A model generated the notes under the pieces. It was not told the DNA's origin. It did not search any database and worked only from the letters and a program-made list of their open reading frames with translations. DNA of 64,000 bases from Theionarchaea archaeon (GTDB taxonomy: Archaea > Methanobacteriota_B > Thermococci > Methanofastidiosales > SZ-28-30), in contig JACVGT010000019.1 of NCBI GenBank assembly GCA_018992685.1, forward strand, positions 89,365 to 153,364, given 5' to 3'. Each line of letters begins with the position of its first letter. The first letter of the stretch is position 1. Positions 50,687-60,739 of this stretch are shown in pieces. The translations under genes and the position numbers were made by a program.

Positions 50687-52910
50687 AAGTGGCGAGAAAT
50701 CGTGGATTGCAGTCGGGGTTCTCGTCATAAGTCTCCTCTGTTCCCCCGCTATGGATGCATCAGGATATGAGTCGATCCCACATGCATTTTTTGTAGATCT
50801 GAATGGAAATCAAAACTGCCTCATTGTTGTGGGTGAACAGGCAGACGCAACAGACATCACGGAAGCTTCGCGACTGGCAGTCACCATTGGTGAATTGTTC
50901 AGCCCGAAACAAGAGATCCCTGTGGTCCGGGAAATTGACATCACTCATGAGAATGTACCTCCCGGCACCTGTATTGTAGAGACTCCTTTGGAGCTGAGTA
51001 CCTTGTGGTATTTCGATGATTATGATCACGGGGTGTATGGAAACGGGAATGCGAAATTCGATCCCTGGGAAACCCACGAAGAAATCCAGTTGATCATTGA
51101 CGACATTGGAGAGGTTGATCCATTCCTGGGTGTTTCTGTGGGAAACAAGTATCTGGATTTTTCTACCATTTATCGAATTGACAATGTCAGATGCCCCCCC
51201 TATGTGTGGGTGTATTCATTGGTGGAAGCCGCAAGAGGAGAACACATTACAGGACTTCAGAACCAACAGGTGAGAAGTTATGCAATCATCGACCCATATT
51301 TCGTCATAAATGGGTACCTCCCTGAAGTCTGCATATTTGGGACAACGTATACCGTAATCAACATCAATAGTTCCGCGCTCATCACAGGCGAGCCACATGT
51401 GAACTATGTATACCTGTACGGGAACCAGCCTTTTGTGACCGAAGAGTTCACCATCTCGTTACTCGATGTTGATGTAGATCACAACAAGTGCTACCTAAGT
51501 GTTCAAGGTTCTGCTGTTCGGGAAGAATTCTGGATGGTTCTGGACCCTCTGCACGGATTCTCACCTGATCTCCAGGAGAGTGGTTCACAGGACATCCTCT
51601 CGTACGACATTGACGGGGATGGAACAGTGGATTACAGCGATAAGACAGAGATTGGACTTTCAGAACTGGACGTATGGGGCCACAACACGGGCGGGGGAGC
51701 AGCTGACCTGGTCATTGACGGGATCAAAATCTTCATTGGGGAAGAGATTGGTGTATATCTGGGAATCTACTGGGTGGAAGACGCTGTGGTGTGGAATGAG
51801 TATTCCTGCTGCGATCCTTTTACAACCCACCCGCAGTACTACAGTTTTCAAATCAGGCCTGAAACTGTGGCGCTGCAGGCCGTTGAGGACGCCTATGTTG
51901 ATCAGGGACTGCCTCTGCAGAATTTTGGAGGAGAATCCTTTTTGTCTGTGAGGTCTTCTCTTGGCACAAATACGCGTTCATTTGTGAAGTTCAATCTACC
52001 CACTCTACCAGAAAAAGCCATCATCAGTCGGGCAACATTGCAGCTTATCCCATTGAATGATCCTGACGCCAGGGTGTACGAAGTTTCTCGGGTTACGTCG
52101 ACGTGGGATGAAGCAAGCATCACCTGGTCCACCCAGCCTGGCAGTTCCTTGACCGGGACTCAGACGAACAACATCATGCAGTGGGATGTGACCTCCGATG
52201 TTGCCAGCTTTTACAGCGGAACTCCCAACTATGGATGGAGAATTTCAGATCAGACGGAGAACTCGGTCATACCGCATGAAACACAATTCGGGTCCAGAGA
52301 GTCCAACCTGAAGCCCCGGCTCTTTCTCGAATACACCTTTGACTGCAATCAGGGTGTGGAGACTGTTCCTCACCTTCAAAACTGGATCAATACCTTCTAC
52401 GATGATGTCGAAAATGATGCAGTAGTAGACGCTGTCTATGAGATTGACATAAGTCTCTGCAGTCTCATCAAGACTGTATGCAGCCCCCTGTTCTTTGAAG
52501 GGCCAAATTACTACTATTTTGTCGATTTCACAGATACCTACTTCAGCACAGGAGTAGACTTCAGAGTGTACCAGACACAGAGAGTGAAAGAATACAGTGT
52601 CTATACGGTGGTGCCAGAACCCTGGAAGCTCATCAAACTGGATCATGAGATTACAGAAGAAGACGCTGAATACAACTGGATTCTTATTGGGGGAGAGAAT
52701 TCTTGGGTACAGCTGCTGGTGGACAGGAACATTAAGCCGGACGACAATTATCCTGCTGATTGGTTCATAAAAGAGGCAGGGTACAAACTGTACTCTGATC
52801 CCCTTGGATTCGGAAACAGGATACTGGTAGTGGCGGGCAAGACCTCTGCTGACACACAGAAGGCCATCCGAATGCTCATTGAAGACATGAGGACCTCCCG
52901 ATCTCCCTAG
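50679..52910 (+). CDS. S-layer-family protein with inserted DNRLRE/CBM96-like domain
   Basis: S-layer N-motif IVVGEQA..TD..A..LA and C-motif ILIGG..LVVAG..T; insert DAYV..NFG..RSFVKFNL..WDE..ITW..WDVT..NYGW..SRE..PRL. Confidence 0.72.
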   Translation: MIRSGEKSWIAVGVLVISLLCSPAMDASGYESIPHAFFVDLNGNQNCLIVVGEQADATDITEASRLAVTIGELFSPKQEIPVVREIDITHENVPPGTCIVETPLELSTLWYFDDYDHGVYGNGNAKFDPWETHEEIQLIIDDIGEVDPFLGVSVGNKYLDFSTIYRIDNVRCPPYVWVYSLVEAARGEHITGLQNQQVRSYAIIDPYFVINGYLPEVCIFGTTYTVININSSALITGEPHVNYVYLYGNQPFVTEEFTISLLDVDVDHNKCYLSVQGSAVREEFWMVLDPLHGFSPDLQESGSQDILSYDIDGDGTVDYSDKTEIGLSELDVWGHNTGGGAADLVIDGIKIFIGEEIGVYLGIYWVEDAVVWNEYSCCDPFTTHPQYYSFQIRPETVALQAVEDAYVDQGLPLQNFGGESFLSVRSSLGTNTRSFVKFNLPTLPEKAIISRATLQLIPLNDPDARVYEVSRVTSTWDEASITWSTQPGSSLTGTQTNNIMQWDVTSDVASFYSGTPNYGWRISDQTENSVIPHETQFGSRESNLKPRLFLEYTFDCNQGVETVPHLQNWINTFYDDVENDAVVDAVYEIDISLCSLIKTVCSPLFFEGPNYYYFVDFTDTYFSTGVDFRVYQTQRVKEYSVYTVVPEPWKLIKLDHEITEEDAEYNWILIGGENSWVQLLVDRNIKPDDNYPADWFIKEAGYKLYSDPLGFGNRILVVAGKTSADTQKAIRMLIEDMRTSRSP

Positions 52911-53092
52911 TCTTGAACTGAACGTCCAGGAGCATCAGGTCCCAAATCACTGTCAGATCTCCTGTGGAAGATGGATGCTTCCTGAGGGACGGTTCATGTC
53001 TCAAATTGAGGAACGGATAGTTCACCTGATTTCTGAAGGAACCACATGAAGGGGTCTCAAAACATATATAAATGGGCAGGGAAACGGGATAT

Positions 53093-54496
53093 ATGGGAAT
53101 ACTTGTCCTTGCAGACACTCACTTCGGACTTATGAAAGGCAAAATAAACATGAGCATGCCAGGATACCTGGCTGAATTCCTGGAATGGGTTGGCAGCCTG
53201 GAAAGGGAAAAAATTGCTGTGAAAGTAATCGATGGAGAAATAAAGGAAGAAAACATCCGAGTGAAAATCATTTCTCCTCCAGAAAAAATAATATTCCTGG
53301 GAGATATGCTGGAGCTGTGGGACTCCAAAAATGAAACAGTATCAGCCAGCATTCTAACGCTACTGTCCAATCTCACCAAGACAAAGGCAGAAAAGATCTA
53401 CGTTCTGGGAAACCATGATGATATCCTCAGAAGAATCGTCCTTGAAACCTCACGTGCTGGAGAATACCTGAATTACCCCCTGGGTGAGTCTATACTCAAG
53501 GTGTTTCCAGATAGATACCCTCCTGTCATTCCTGGAATGGAGAGTGCTGCCGTACTGCCTTCGGGAGAGGAAAAATACATATTTGTCCACGGCCACCAAT
53601 TTGATAGGGACTTTACCAGGTCCTTAAGCATCTACAAAGTGTATCCCCTGTTGAGAACGGTCTCCAACAGTCTGACTGTGTACGTACCCGCTCTATTTGG
53701 ACTGAGTTTTCTGGTTCGGGCTGTGAACTTGATTTTTAGGACCTCTTTCTTGTGGGGAGACCCCTTGGTTTTTTGGTTGCTGTTTGGTCTCTCTCTTCCC
53801 TGGATTGGCACCAGCATTGCCAGACCCATCTGGAGCCGTGTGGTAGGAATGAGGTACAGAGAAGAGGAAACTGTGAAGAGTTTTATTCAGTGGTGGAAAC
53901 GGGTTCTGAGTTCTGAATCGCTCCCAGAGAACGTGAATGTTGTCTACGCACACACCCACTTTCTGAACTACATACCGTCTCCCAAACATGAAAGGACCAT
54001 GGATGAACAGGAGGTGGTACATCACGGGAAGACGTCTTCACGATACAGAAAGAGGCTGTCAGATCTGGGTGTAAAGGAGAAGGATATGCCAGCTCTCATA
54101 AATATATCTGCATGGATAACTGATTTTCCATCTTTCAGCGAGAAACTGTTCATGAGAAGTGAAATTGCATACGCACGCATGGCAGAAACATCTGGTAAGG
54201 CAAAAGATTTCCTGCTCAAACAGGCAGAAGAGAAGAAAAAAGATAGATTAGATCCTGAACTGGTGACGGTGGCAACGTTCTTGTACATAGATGAGGATGG
54301 ATTCGAAGTTTTCGGGTGGAATTGGTATTCAAATGACCCAGAAAGGCAGAAGGTTTTCAGTGTCCCCAAGAGCGCAATACAGATGAGGAGGGAACAGGGA
54401 GCTATCACCGACGAAGGCGCCAGGACTGTTCTTAAGAACATCGGGTGGCCCGAAGAATTGTTGATCGTATGGACAAGAGATCCTCATCTACACTGA
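53093..54496 (+). CDS. Calcineurin-like metallophosphoesterase (LpxH-like) with internal TM hairpin
   Basis: DTHFG, GDMLELW, GNHD, HGH, AHTH. Confidence 0.82.
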   Translation: MGILVLADTHFGLMKGKINMSMPGYLAEFLEWVGSLEREKIAVKVIDGEIKEENIRVKIISPPEKIIFLGDMLELWDSKNETVSASILTLLSNLTKTKAEKIYVLGNHDDILRRIVLETSRAGEYLNYPLGESILKVFPDRYPPVIPGMESAAVLPSGEEKYIFVHGHQFDRDFTRSLSIYKVYPLLRTVSNSLTVYVPALFGLSFLVRAVNLIFRTSFLWGDPLVFWLLFGLSLPWIGTSIARPIWSRVVGMRYREEETVKSFIQWWKRVLSSESLPENVNVVYAHTHFLNYIPSPKHERTMDEQEVVHHGKTSSRYRKRLSDLGVKEKDMPALINISAWITDFPSFSEKLFMRSEIAYARMAETSGKAKDFLLKQAEEKKKDRLDPELVTVATFLYIDEDGFEVFGWNWYSNDPERQKVFSVPKSAIQMRREQGAITDEGARTVLKNIGWPEELLIVWTRDPHLH

Positions 54497-54637
54497 TTTC
54501 ACGCTGCTTTGACGACTCTTGTGCCCTCGTGTCCAGTCAGGTAACAGGAGTCCACCCTGCAATCCACACTTCTGAAATGCAACAGACTGTAGACCGGAAT
54601 GGGAGAATGGGAGAATGGCAGAACTCGTCTCCCACGT

Positions 54638-55354
54638 CTAGGAGGTCTTCTTTCTCCTCTCAATCAGCCGTGCCACCACAATACTCACCTCAAACAGAGC
54701 ATACAGGGGGACACCGACAAGGGTCTGTGATACCACAGTGGGATCAGGAGTAATAATCCCTGCCACCACAAAAATGATTACCAGCGCATATTTCCTTTTT
54801 GTCGTGAGAACCTCATGGGTAATGACTCCCAGTTGAGTCAGAACAGCAATAACCAGAGGAAACTGGAAAACTGCTCCAAAAATAAACAACATGGAAAAAA
54901 CAAAGGACAGCGTATTGTCAAGGCCGAAGAGAGGCGTCGACATCCTGTACGAAAAGGAGAAGAAGAACTTCAAAGTCACGGGCAAGATCAGAAAATAGGC
55001 AAAACACGCTCCTGCCAAGAACAGAAAAATGGTGGGTATCAGCGCAGTAATGATCATCTTGCGTTCTTTCCCCGTGAGTCCGGGGGATACAAATGCCCAT
55101 ATTTCATAGATGATAAGGGGAGATGATACCACCACACCACCATATATGGATGCCTTGAACGTGACAAATATGGCCTCCATGGGAGAAAAGGAGTGTAAGG
55201 TAACGTTAATGAGGTTTTGCCGTAGTATTTCAATGAATCGGGGCATAAAAGGGAATAGAGCAGCAGAAGAGGCAATAACAGCAAGTATTATGATAATGAC
55301 CCGCTTTCGTAATTCTTCCAGATGATCAAAAAAGGATAGTTCTTTCTCTGCCAT
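54638..55354 (-). CDS. tatC: Twin-arginine translocase TatC
   Basis: DHLEELRKR, WAFVSPGL..ER, FQFP, ITPDP. Confidence 0.96.
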   Translation of the reverse strand: MAEKELSFFDHLEELRKRVIIIILAVIASSAALFPFMPRFIEILRQNLINVTLHSFSPMEAIFVTFKASIYGGVVVSSPLIIYEIWAFVSPGLTGKERKMIITALIPTIFLFLAGACFAYFLILPVTLKFFFSFSYRMSTPLFGLDNTLSFVFSMLFIFGAVFQFPLVIAVLTQLGVITHEVLTTKRKYALVIIFVVAGIITPDPTVVSQTLVGVPLYALFEVSIVVARLIERRKKTS

Positions 55355-55358
55355 CGTC

Positions 55359-55520
55359 TCAGTCTTCATCTGCCGGTTCTTCGATTTCTTTCATAGCTTT
55401 CTTGAATTCTCGTACTGACAATCCCAGGGAACGGGCAAGTTCCGGGAGCTTGGTGGACCCAAACAGCAGTAACAGAATGATGAGAATTAGCACGATTTCT
55501 TGAGTTCCAAGTCCAAACAT
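55359..55520 (-). CDS. tatA: Twin-arginine translocase TatA
   Basis: MFGLG.QE...LLLFGSTKLPELARSLG..REFKK. Confidence 0.95.
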   Translation of the reverse strand: MFGLGTQEIVLILIILLLLFGSTKLPELARSLGLSVREFKKAMKEIEEPADED

Positions 55521-55717
55521 GTAATCACCTGCTGTGACTATTCCATGCAAACTTAAATAGTTTGTGAGAGTTGGTGTGGGAGTGAAACTGAAAGGATGGC
55601 AATACTCTCAGGAGAGTTCCACATGGCAATGCAGATAGCTGTGGAGGATGAGGGGAACGGACAGAACCGAATTAGGTGTCGAAAGGCTTAAATAGCTATC
55701 ACAGGTAAGAAAATTGA

Positions 55718-55809
55718 GGACCCGTAGCCTAGCGGATATGGCGGCAGCCTTCTATTGTAGCACAGAAGAGAGCTGCAGATCGGGGGTTCGAATCCCTCCG
55801 GGTCCGCCA
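55718..55809 (+). tRNA. tRNA-Arg (TCT) with 16-nt intron at 37/38 (55755-55770), CCA encoded
   Basis: GGACCCG/CGGGTCC acceptor stem; GCAGC-CTTCTA[TTGTAGCACAGAAGAG]A-GCTGC forms a bulge-helix-bulge (CTTC/GAAG); GTTCGAATC. Confidence 0.93.
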
Positions 55810-55810
55810 C

Positions 55811-55886
55811 AGCCGGGTAGGGTAGGGGACAATCCTGCGGGACTCTGGATCCTGCGACCGCGGTTCGAATCCGCGCCCGGCTACCA
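55811..55886 (+). tRNA. tRNA-Gln (CTG), CCA encoded
   Basis: AGCCGGG/CCCGGCT acceptor stem; CGGGA-CTCTGGA-TCCTG anticodon arm; GGTTCGAATCC. Confidence 0.93.
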
Positions 55887-56219
55887 TTTTCATTACCCAG
55901 ACTCCATCATCTAATCCTGATCAGCACGTGTCACGTGATTACTGACGAATAGTTGCCACAATAAAAAAAGGGAAGAAGAGAGTCCCGTGTTTAAGAAAAA
56001 AGAGAGGAAGGTTGTGGAATTCTTGAGGACTCCACTTCTTCCACGAACCGTTTGTCGCCAAAAAGAGCGAGCAGGAGTTTCCTCCTGCCCATGTCAGTCA
56101 CGTGCTCCAAAGCCATCACCTGACATCAGTGTCTACAAAAATCATAAAAGGTTTAGGTGTGTCAAAAATCCAGCAGACTGAGACAAAAACGCTATATACG
56201 CCATAGTATACAAGATATC

Positions 56220-57827
56220 ATGGACATCAAAGGAATTCTGGTTAATGTGTTCACAGGGGACATGTATCCTGTCCAAGTTGAATTCTCCAGTAGGATTATC
56301 TCTATCAAAAAAATCAACGAAGAGTCACCTGTGTACATTCTTCCAGGGTTCATAGACTCCCACATCCACATTGAAAGCTCCATGTTGTGTCCTTCTCGAT
56401 TCGCAGAGGCTGTGGTTCCACGAGGAACTACCTGTACTGTTTCTGATCCCCACGAAATAGCCAATGTAATGGGGATGGCAGGTGTGGCCTACATGATGGA
56501 GGACACATCGGTGCTCAAGGTGTACTATACCGCTCCCTCATGTGTCCCTGCCACTGCTTATGAGACTGCAGGAGCTGTCCTCACTGCACAGGATATCAAA
56601 GAACTGTTTACAGAATATGGGCTGATCGCCCTTGGAGAGGTCATGAATTATCCCGCAGTTGTCCAGGGAGATAAGGCTATCCTTGGAAAGATTGAGATGG
56701 CAAGACAATGCAGCAGGCCGATAGATGGTCATGCACCTGGGCTATCCGGTGAGCCCCTTCAAAAGTATCTGTACCACGGAATCTCTACAGACCATGAATG
56801 TACCACGTACCAGGAAGCGCAGGAAAAACAGAACCTGGGCATGAGAATCATGATTCGAGAAGGAACTGCCTCCAAGAATCTTACTGACTTACTGGGATTG
56901 AAGTATGAGACCTGTTTTCTGGTTTCTGACGATCTTCACCCTGAAGATCTCAAGAAGGGCCACATTGACACTCTGCTGAAGAAGGCAGTCTCTCATGGTA
57001 TTGATCCAGTGACCGCAGTGAAAATGGTCACCATTAATCCAGCCAGCCATTACAAGTTGAATGCAGGTGCCATTGCTCCGGGAAGAGAAGCTGACATCGT
57101 TATTGTTGATAACCTAAAGACGTTCTCAGTAAGAAAAGTATTCATCGATGGAGTGCTCGTGGCGCAGGATGGAAAACCTCTTTTTTCAGCAAGTCCAACC
57201 CCGGTGCAGACAACGTTCAGAGCACAGAAGAAACTCCCTGAGGATTTTGCCATCCCGAGTACGGGAGGTGACGCTGCTCTGGTCAGGGTCATCAGAATCA
57301 CAGAAGACCAGCTCTACACTGCTGAAGAGCAACATGTAGTACCCTGTTCACAGGGAAGAGTTCTCCCAGATACACCGCAGGACATACTCAAATTGGTGGT
57401 AGTTGAGCGCTACGGTCACAACAGGATAGGAAAAGGGTTTGTCAAAGGATTTGGCCTGCAAAGAGGAGCTATTGCCACCAGTGTTGCACATGATTCCCAT
57501 AATATTGTTGCAGCCGGGGTTTCTGACACTGCTCTTGCCCAGGTGGTCAACGCGATCATTGAGTGTGGTGGTGGGATTGTCGCCTGTGACAAAACGTGCA
57601 AGGTGCTGGAACTACCAGTTGCAGGACTCATGTCTCACGAACCATTGAACACAGTTGCTGAAGCTCATAGAACGGTGCAGGACTATGCCGGTGAGCTGGG
57701 CTGTGTGTTGCAGAACCCATTCATGCACCTGTCGTTCCTTGCCTTGCTGGTTATCCCTGAGCTGAAGCTCTCTGACAGAGGACTCTTCGATGTGAGAACC
57801 TTCTCTTTTGTTGATGTGATTGTATGA
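56220..57827 (+). CDS. ade: Adenine deaminase
   Basis: PGFIDSHIHIESS, DPHEIANV, LGEVMN, DGHAP, TDHE, IREG, SDD, SVAHDSHN. Confidence 0.95.
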   Translation: MDIKGILVNVFTGDMYPVQVEFSSRIISIKKINEESPVYILPGFIDSHIHIESSMLCPSRFAEAVVPRGTTCTVSDPHEIANVMGMAGVAYMMEDTSVLKVYYTAPSCVPATAYETAGAVLTAQDIKELFTEYGLIALGEVMNYPAVVQGDKAILGKIEMARQCSRPIDGHAPGLSGEPLQKYLYHGISTDHECTTYQEAQEKQNLGMRIMIREGTASKNLTDLLGLKYETCFLVSDDLHPEDLKKGHIDTLLKKAVSHGIDPVTAVKMVTINPASHYKLNAGAIAPGREADIVIVDNLKTFSVRKVFIDGVLVAQDGKPLFSASPTPVQTTFRAQKKLPEDFAIPSTGGDAALVRVIRITEDQLYTAEEQHVVPCSQGRVLPDTPQDILKLVVVERYGHNRIGKGFVKGFGLQRGAIATSVAHDSHNIVAAGVSDTALAQVVNAIIECGGGIVACDKTCKVLELPVAGLMSHEPLNTVAEAHRTVQDYAGELGCVLQNPFMHLSFLALLVIPELKLSDRGLFDVRTFSFVDVIV

Positions 57828-58876
57828 TGAAATTTACTGAAGGCAAAGCTGTTATCACGGTTCCTGAATTTGAGAAAATCACCTCTAAATCTGAAGTATT
57901 CTACAACCCTGACATGTCATATGATCGTGAGCTGTCTCTCATCATGTTCAAGGCCTCGCACAAGAGAAAGGTTTGTGATGCATTTTCTGGATCAGGAATA
58001 CGGGCCATTCTGTATGCGTTGGAAGGTGCCCACGTCACTGCCAATGACAGAAACCCCTGTGCTCTGACCTCCATCAAAGAGAATGCGGAATTGAACAACG
58101 TTTCTCTGACTGTGTGCAATGAGGATGCCAATCTCCTGCTGAGGAGAGAAACATTTGAGGTCATTGATGTGGACCCTTTTGGGTCCCCTGTTTACTATCT
58201 GGATTCTGTGGTCAACGGGTTGGACTATGATTCTTACTTATTTGTCACTGCCACGGATGTAAAAGCTCTGTGCGGCTTTGCCGGAAAAGCTGCTCTCCGG
58301 AAGTATGGCATTAAGACTGTAAAGACTCCTTTTTCCAAAGAATTAGGGGCTAGGGTATTGGTCACTGCCATTCTCAGGGAAGCAGCCAAGTACGGGATAG
58401 GATTTGAGGTGTTGCTCTCATACTGGAAAATGCACTATATCAGAGTGTTCATGCATACCCAACACAGTAAGAAAGCTGCCTTCACCTGTATGAATATGGT
58501 AAACCCTGTCTACGTGTGTGCATGCGGGTGGTTCTCTTCCCGAACGGCAGAATTCTGTCCGTATTGTGGAAGGGAAACTCAGTGCATAGCCTCTGTGTAC
58601 CTGGGACCCTTGAAGAGTGATAGATTCTTGCATGATATAGCGGGTCACGATCTTATTGATCGTGTGAAAAGAGAGCTCGATACCCCTTTCTACCACGATA
58701 CACACTATCTTGCTTCCTTTCATGGGTTTCAACCCCCACGAGTAAAAGATCTTATTGAACGTCTTGTGATGAAAGGGTACCAAGCTTCTCCTACTGTTTT
58801 TTGTTCCACTGGTGTGAAAAGCGATGCCCCTTTTGACGAGGTTGTGAAGACGTGTTTTGACCTGCAGACGTTTTGA
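57824..58876 (+). CDS. trm1: tRNA (guanine26-N2)-dimethyltransferase
   Basis: VFYNP.M..DR, DAFSGSGIRA, DVDPFGSP, TATD, HYIRVF, Zn finger. Confidence 0.93.
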   Translation: MMKFTEGKAVITVPEFEKITSKSEVFYNPDMSYDRELSLIMFKASHKRKVCDAFSGSGIRAILYALEGAHVTANDRNPCALTSIKENAELNNVSLTVCNEDANLLLRRETFEVIDVDPFGSPVYYLDSVVNGLDYDSYLFVTATDVKALCGFAGKAALRKYGIKTVKTPFSKELGARVLVTAILREAAKYGIGFEVLLSYWKMHYIRVFMHTQHSKKAAFTCMNMVNPVYVCACGWFSSRTAEFCPYCGRETQCIASVYLGPLKSDRFLHDIAGHDLIDRVKRELDTPFYHDTHYLASFHGFQPPRVKDLIERLVMKGYQASPTVFCSTGVKSDAPFDEVVKTCFDLQTF

Positions 58877-59158
58877 GCCACTCCGGACGTTCGCAGGTAC
58901 GAAGTCTTGCAGACACATCATCGCCACCTCTTCACGGCTGCCACCCAGAAACAACATTCCATTGTGGTGATCCACAGGGGATGTGAGAGAAGAGTGCACA
59001 TGTCTTTTGTGCACATACAGATATGGTTTCGAGTTTCACACGTTGAGGCTCATGAGAGCGGAGTGTCACAAGCAGTGGATATCATCCTCCATGAAGTAAA
59101 ATCCACTCTGACCGTGAGAGTCAACAAGGTTTATATTAACCCTTGGCAATTGTCATGC

Positions 59159-60739
59159 ATGGACATTTCCCAGATTCTCCAGAACGGGGAAACTTCCAAC
59201 ATCGAATTCAAATCCACGCTCACCAGTGAGCATCTGGAAAAAGACAGAATTGAGCGGCTGGTCGCCCAGATGAGATATCGCCTGGACTCTGGCAAGGGGA
59301 CTGCTTTCTACATACTGGGAGTCTACGATGATGGCACTCCCTGTGAAGCAACGCAACAGCAACTGCAGCAGACTCTGGATATCATCAGCACAGCAGCCCA
59401 AGAAGCGGATGCTCGAATAACAAGAGTGGAGACTTTCAATGAAAGAGGCCACCTCCTGAGAGTTACTATCCAGCAGGAAGGGAAAGACAGAAAAAAACAC
59501 CTGATCGTGGGAACGATCGGCCATGTGGACCACGGAAAATCAACGTTACTGGGCAGTCTGACCACAGGGTACCCTGATGACGGAAAGGGGAAAACCAGGA
59601 TGTTTTCAGACTTCCTCCCACACGAGATTGAACGCGGACTATCTGCTGAATTGTCCCATCTCATCTACGGGTTTGCTCAGAATGGTGAGGTCCTGACAAT
59701 GCGTAACCCTCTTGATAAGAAAGAAATGGCGCAGCTCATTGACCAGTGCCACAAATTCATTTCCTTTGTAGACTGCCCGGGGCATGCACCCTGGCTGAAG
59801 ACGACCATCAGAGGAGTTCTGGGGCAGAAAATAGACTACGCCCTCTTGACAGTAGCAGCCGAGGACGGCGTCACCCCCATCACCAAAGAGCATCTGGGAA
59901 TTGCTTTTGGGATGAAATACCCTGTTCTGGTGGCTATCACCATGGTGGACAAGGTACCAGAAGAGAGAGTGAAGGCAGTGGAGGAGGAATTGTTTCGTCT
60001 GGTACGAAGTGTGGGCCACATACCATACAGGATTAGAGAGAAGGAGGATGTTTCTCTGATAGCAGACAAGGTTGCAGATGGAATCCTGGTCCCCATCTTA
60101 AGAACGTCTGCTATTACCATGAAGGGACTCGACCTTCTGAGTTATCTCTTATTCAAGTTACCTTCAACAGCCACGGAAGAGGAATTCAGGAGACCCTTCC
60201 TGTTGTACATTGACAAGGTATTCTCAGTGAGAGGAGTGGGAACAGTCATTACAGGTACCGTCAGCGAAGGTCTGGTCAAGAAGGGACAGGATTTGCTCTT
60301 AGGTCCTGTGAAAGGTGAGTTTAAGAAGGTGCGGGCTCTTTCAATCATGCAGCATCACTATCTCATGAACCAGGCGACAGTGGGAGACCTCATAGGAATT
60401 GCCATTAAAGGAGTGAAATTTGATGATATAAAGAGGGGCATGGTGGCCACTGATGCCGATTCGGTGAGGTGTTCGAGGGAATTCGAAGCTGAAGTGCTAA
60501 TACTCAACCATCCTACCCGAATAAAGGAAGGATATGAACCTATCATTCATTTAAAGACTGTTTCCGAGAGTGCGAAATTCCTGGAAATCTACGATAAAGA
60601 ATTCCTGTGTACTGGGGACATGGCCAGGGTAAGAGTGAGGTTCAAATACAATTCACATTACATTAGAGAGGGAGATCAGTTTCTTTTCAGGGAGAGCAGA
60701 TCCAAAGGACTGGGGGGAATAACCAGAATATGTGACTAG
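59159..60739 (+). CDS. Archaeal GTPBP1/2-like translational GTPase
   Basis: N-terminal GE..NIEFK..Q.RYRL..G.G.A.Y.LGV.DDG; GHVDHGKSTL, DCPGH, EF-Tu-like domains II/III; start placed at MDISQ. Confidence 0.9.
   Translation: MDISQILQNGETSNIEFKSTLTSEHLEKDRIERLVAQMRYRLDSGKGTAFYILGVYDDGTPCEATQQQLQQTLDIISTAAQEADARITRVETFNERGHLLRVTIQQEGKDRKKHLIVGTIGHVDHGKSTLLGSLTTGYPDDGKGKTRMFSDFLPHEIERGLSAELSHLIYGFAQNGEVLTMRNPLDKKEMAQLIDQCHKFISFVDCPGHAPWLKTTIRGVLGQKIDYALLTVAAEDGVTPITKEHLGIAFGMKYPVLVAITMVDKVPEERVKAVEEELFRLVRSVGHIPYRIREKEDVSLIADKVADGILVPILRTSAITMKGLDLLSYLLFKLPSTATEEEFRRPFLLYIDKVFSVRGVGTVITGTVSEGLVKKGQDLLLGPVKGEFKKVRALSIMQHHYLMNQATVGDLIGIAIKGVKFDDIKRGMVATDADSVRCSREFEAEVLILNHPTRIKEGYEPIIHLKTVSESAKFLEIYDKEFLCTGDMARVRVRFKYNSHYIREGDQFLFRESRSKGLGGITRICD

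Noticed and set aside
58907-60739. AlbA/Schlafen-like N-terminal domain fused to a GTPase as a possible defence protein
   Set aside because: The NIEFK...LGVxDDG N-domain is the normal N-terminus of the GTPBP1/2 family; the ORF extension 58907-59158 contains the promoter and is likely non-coding
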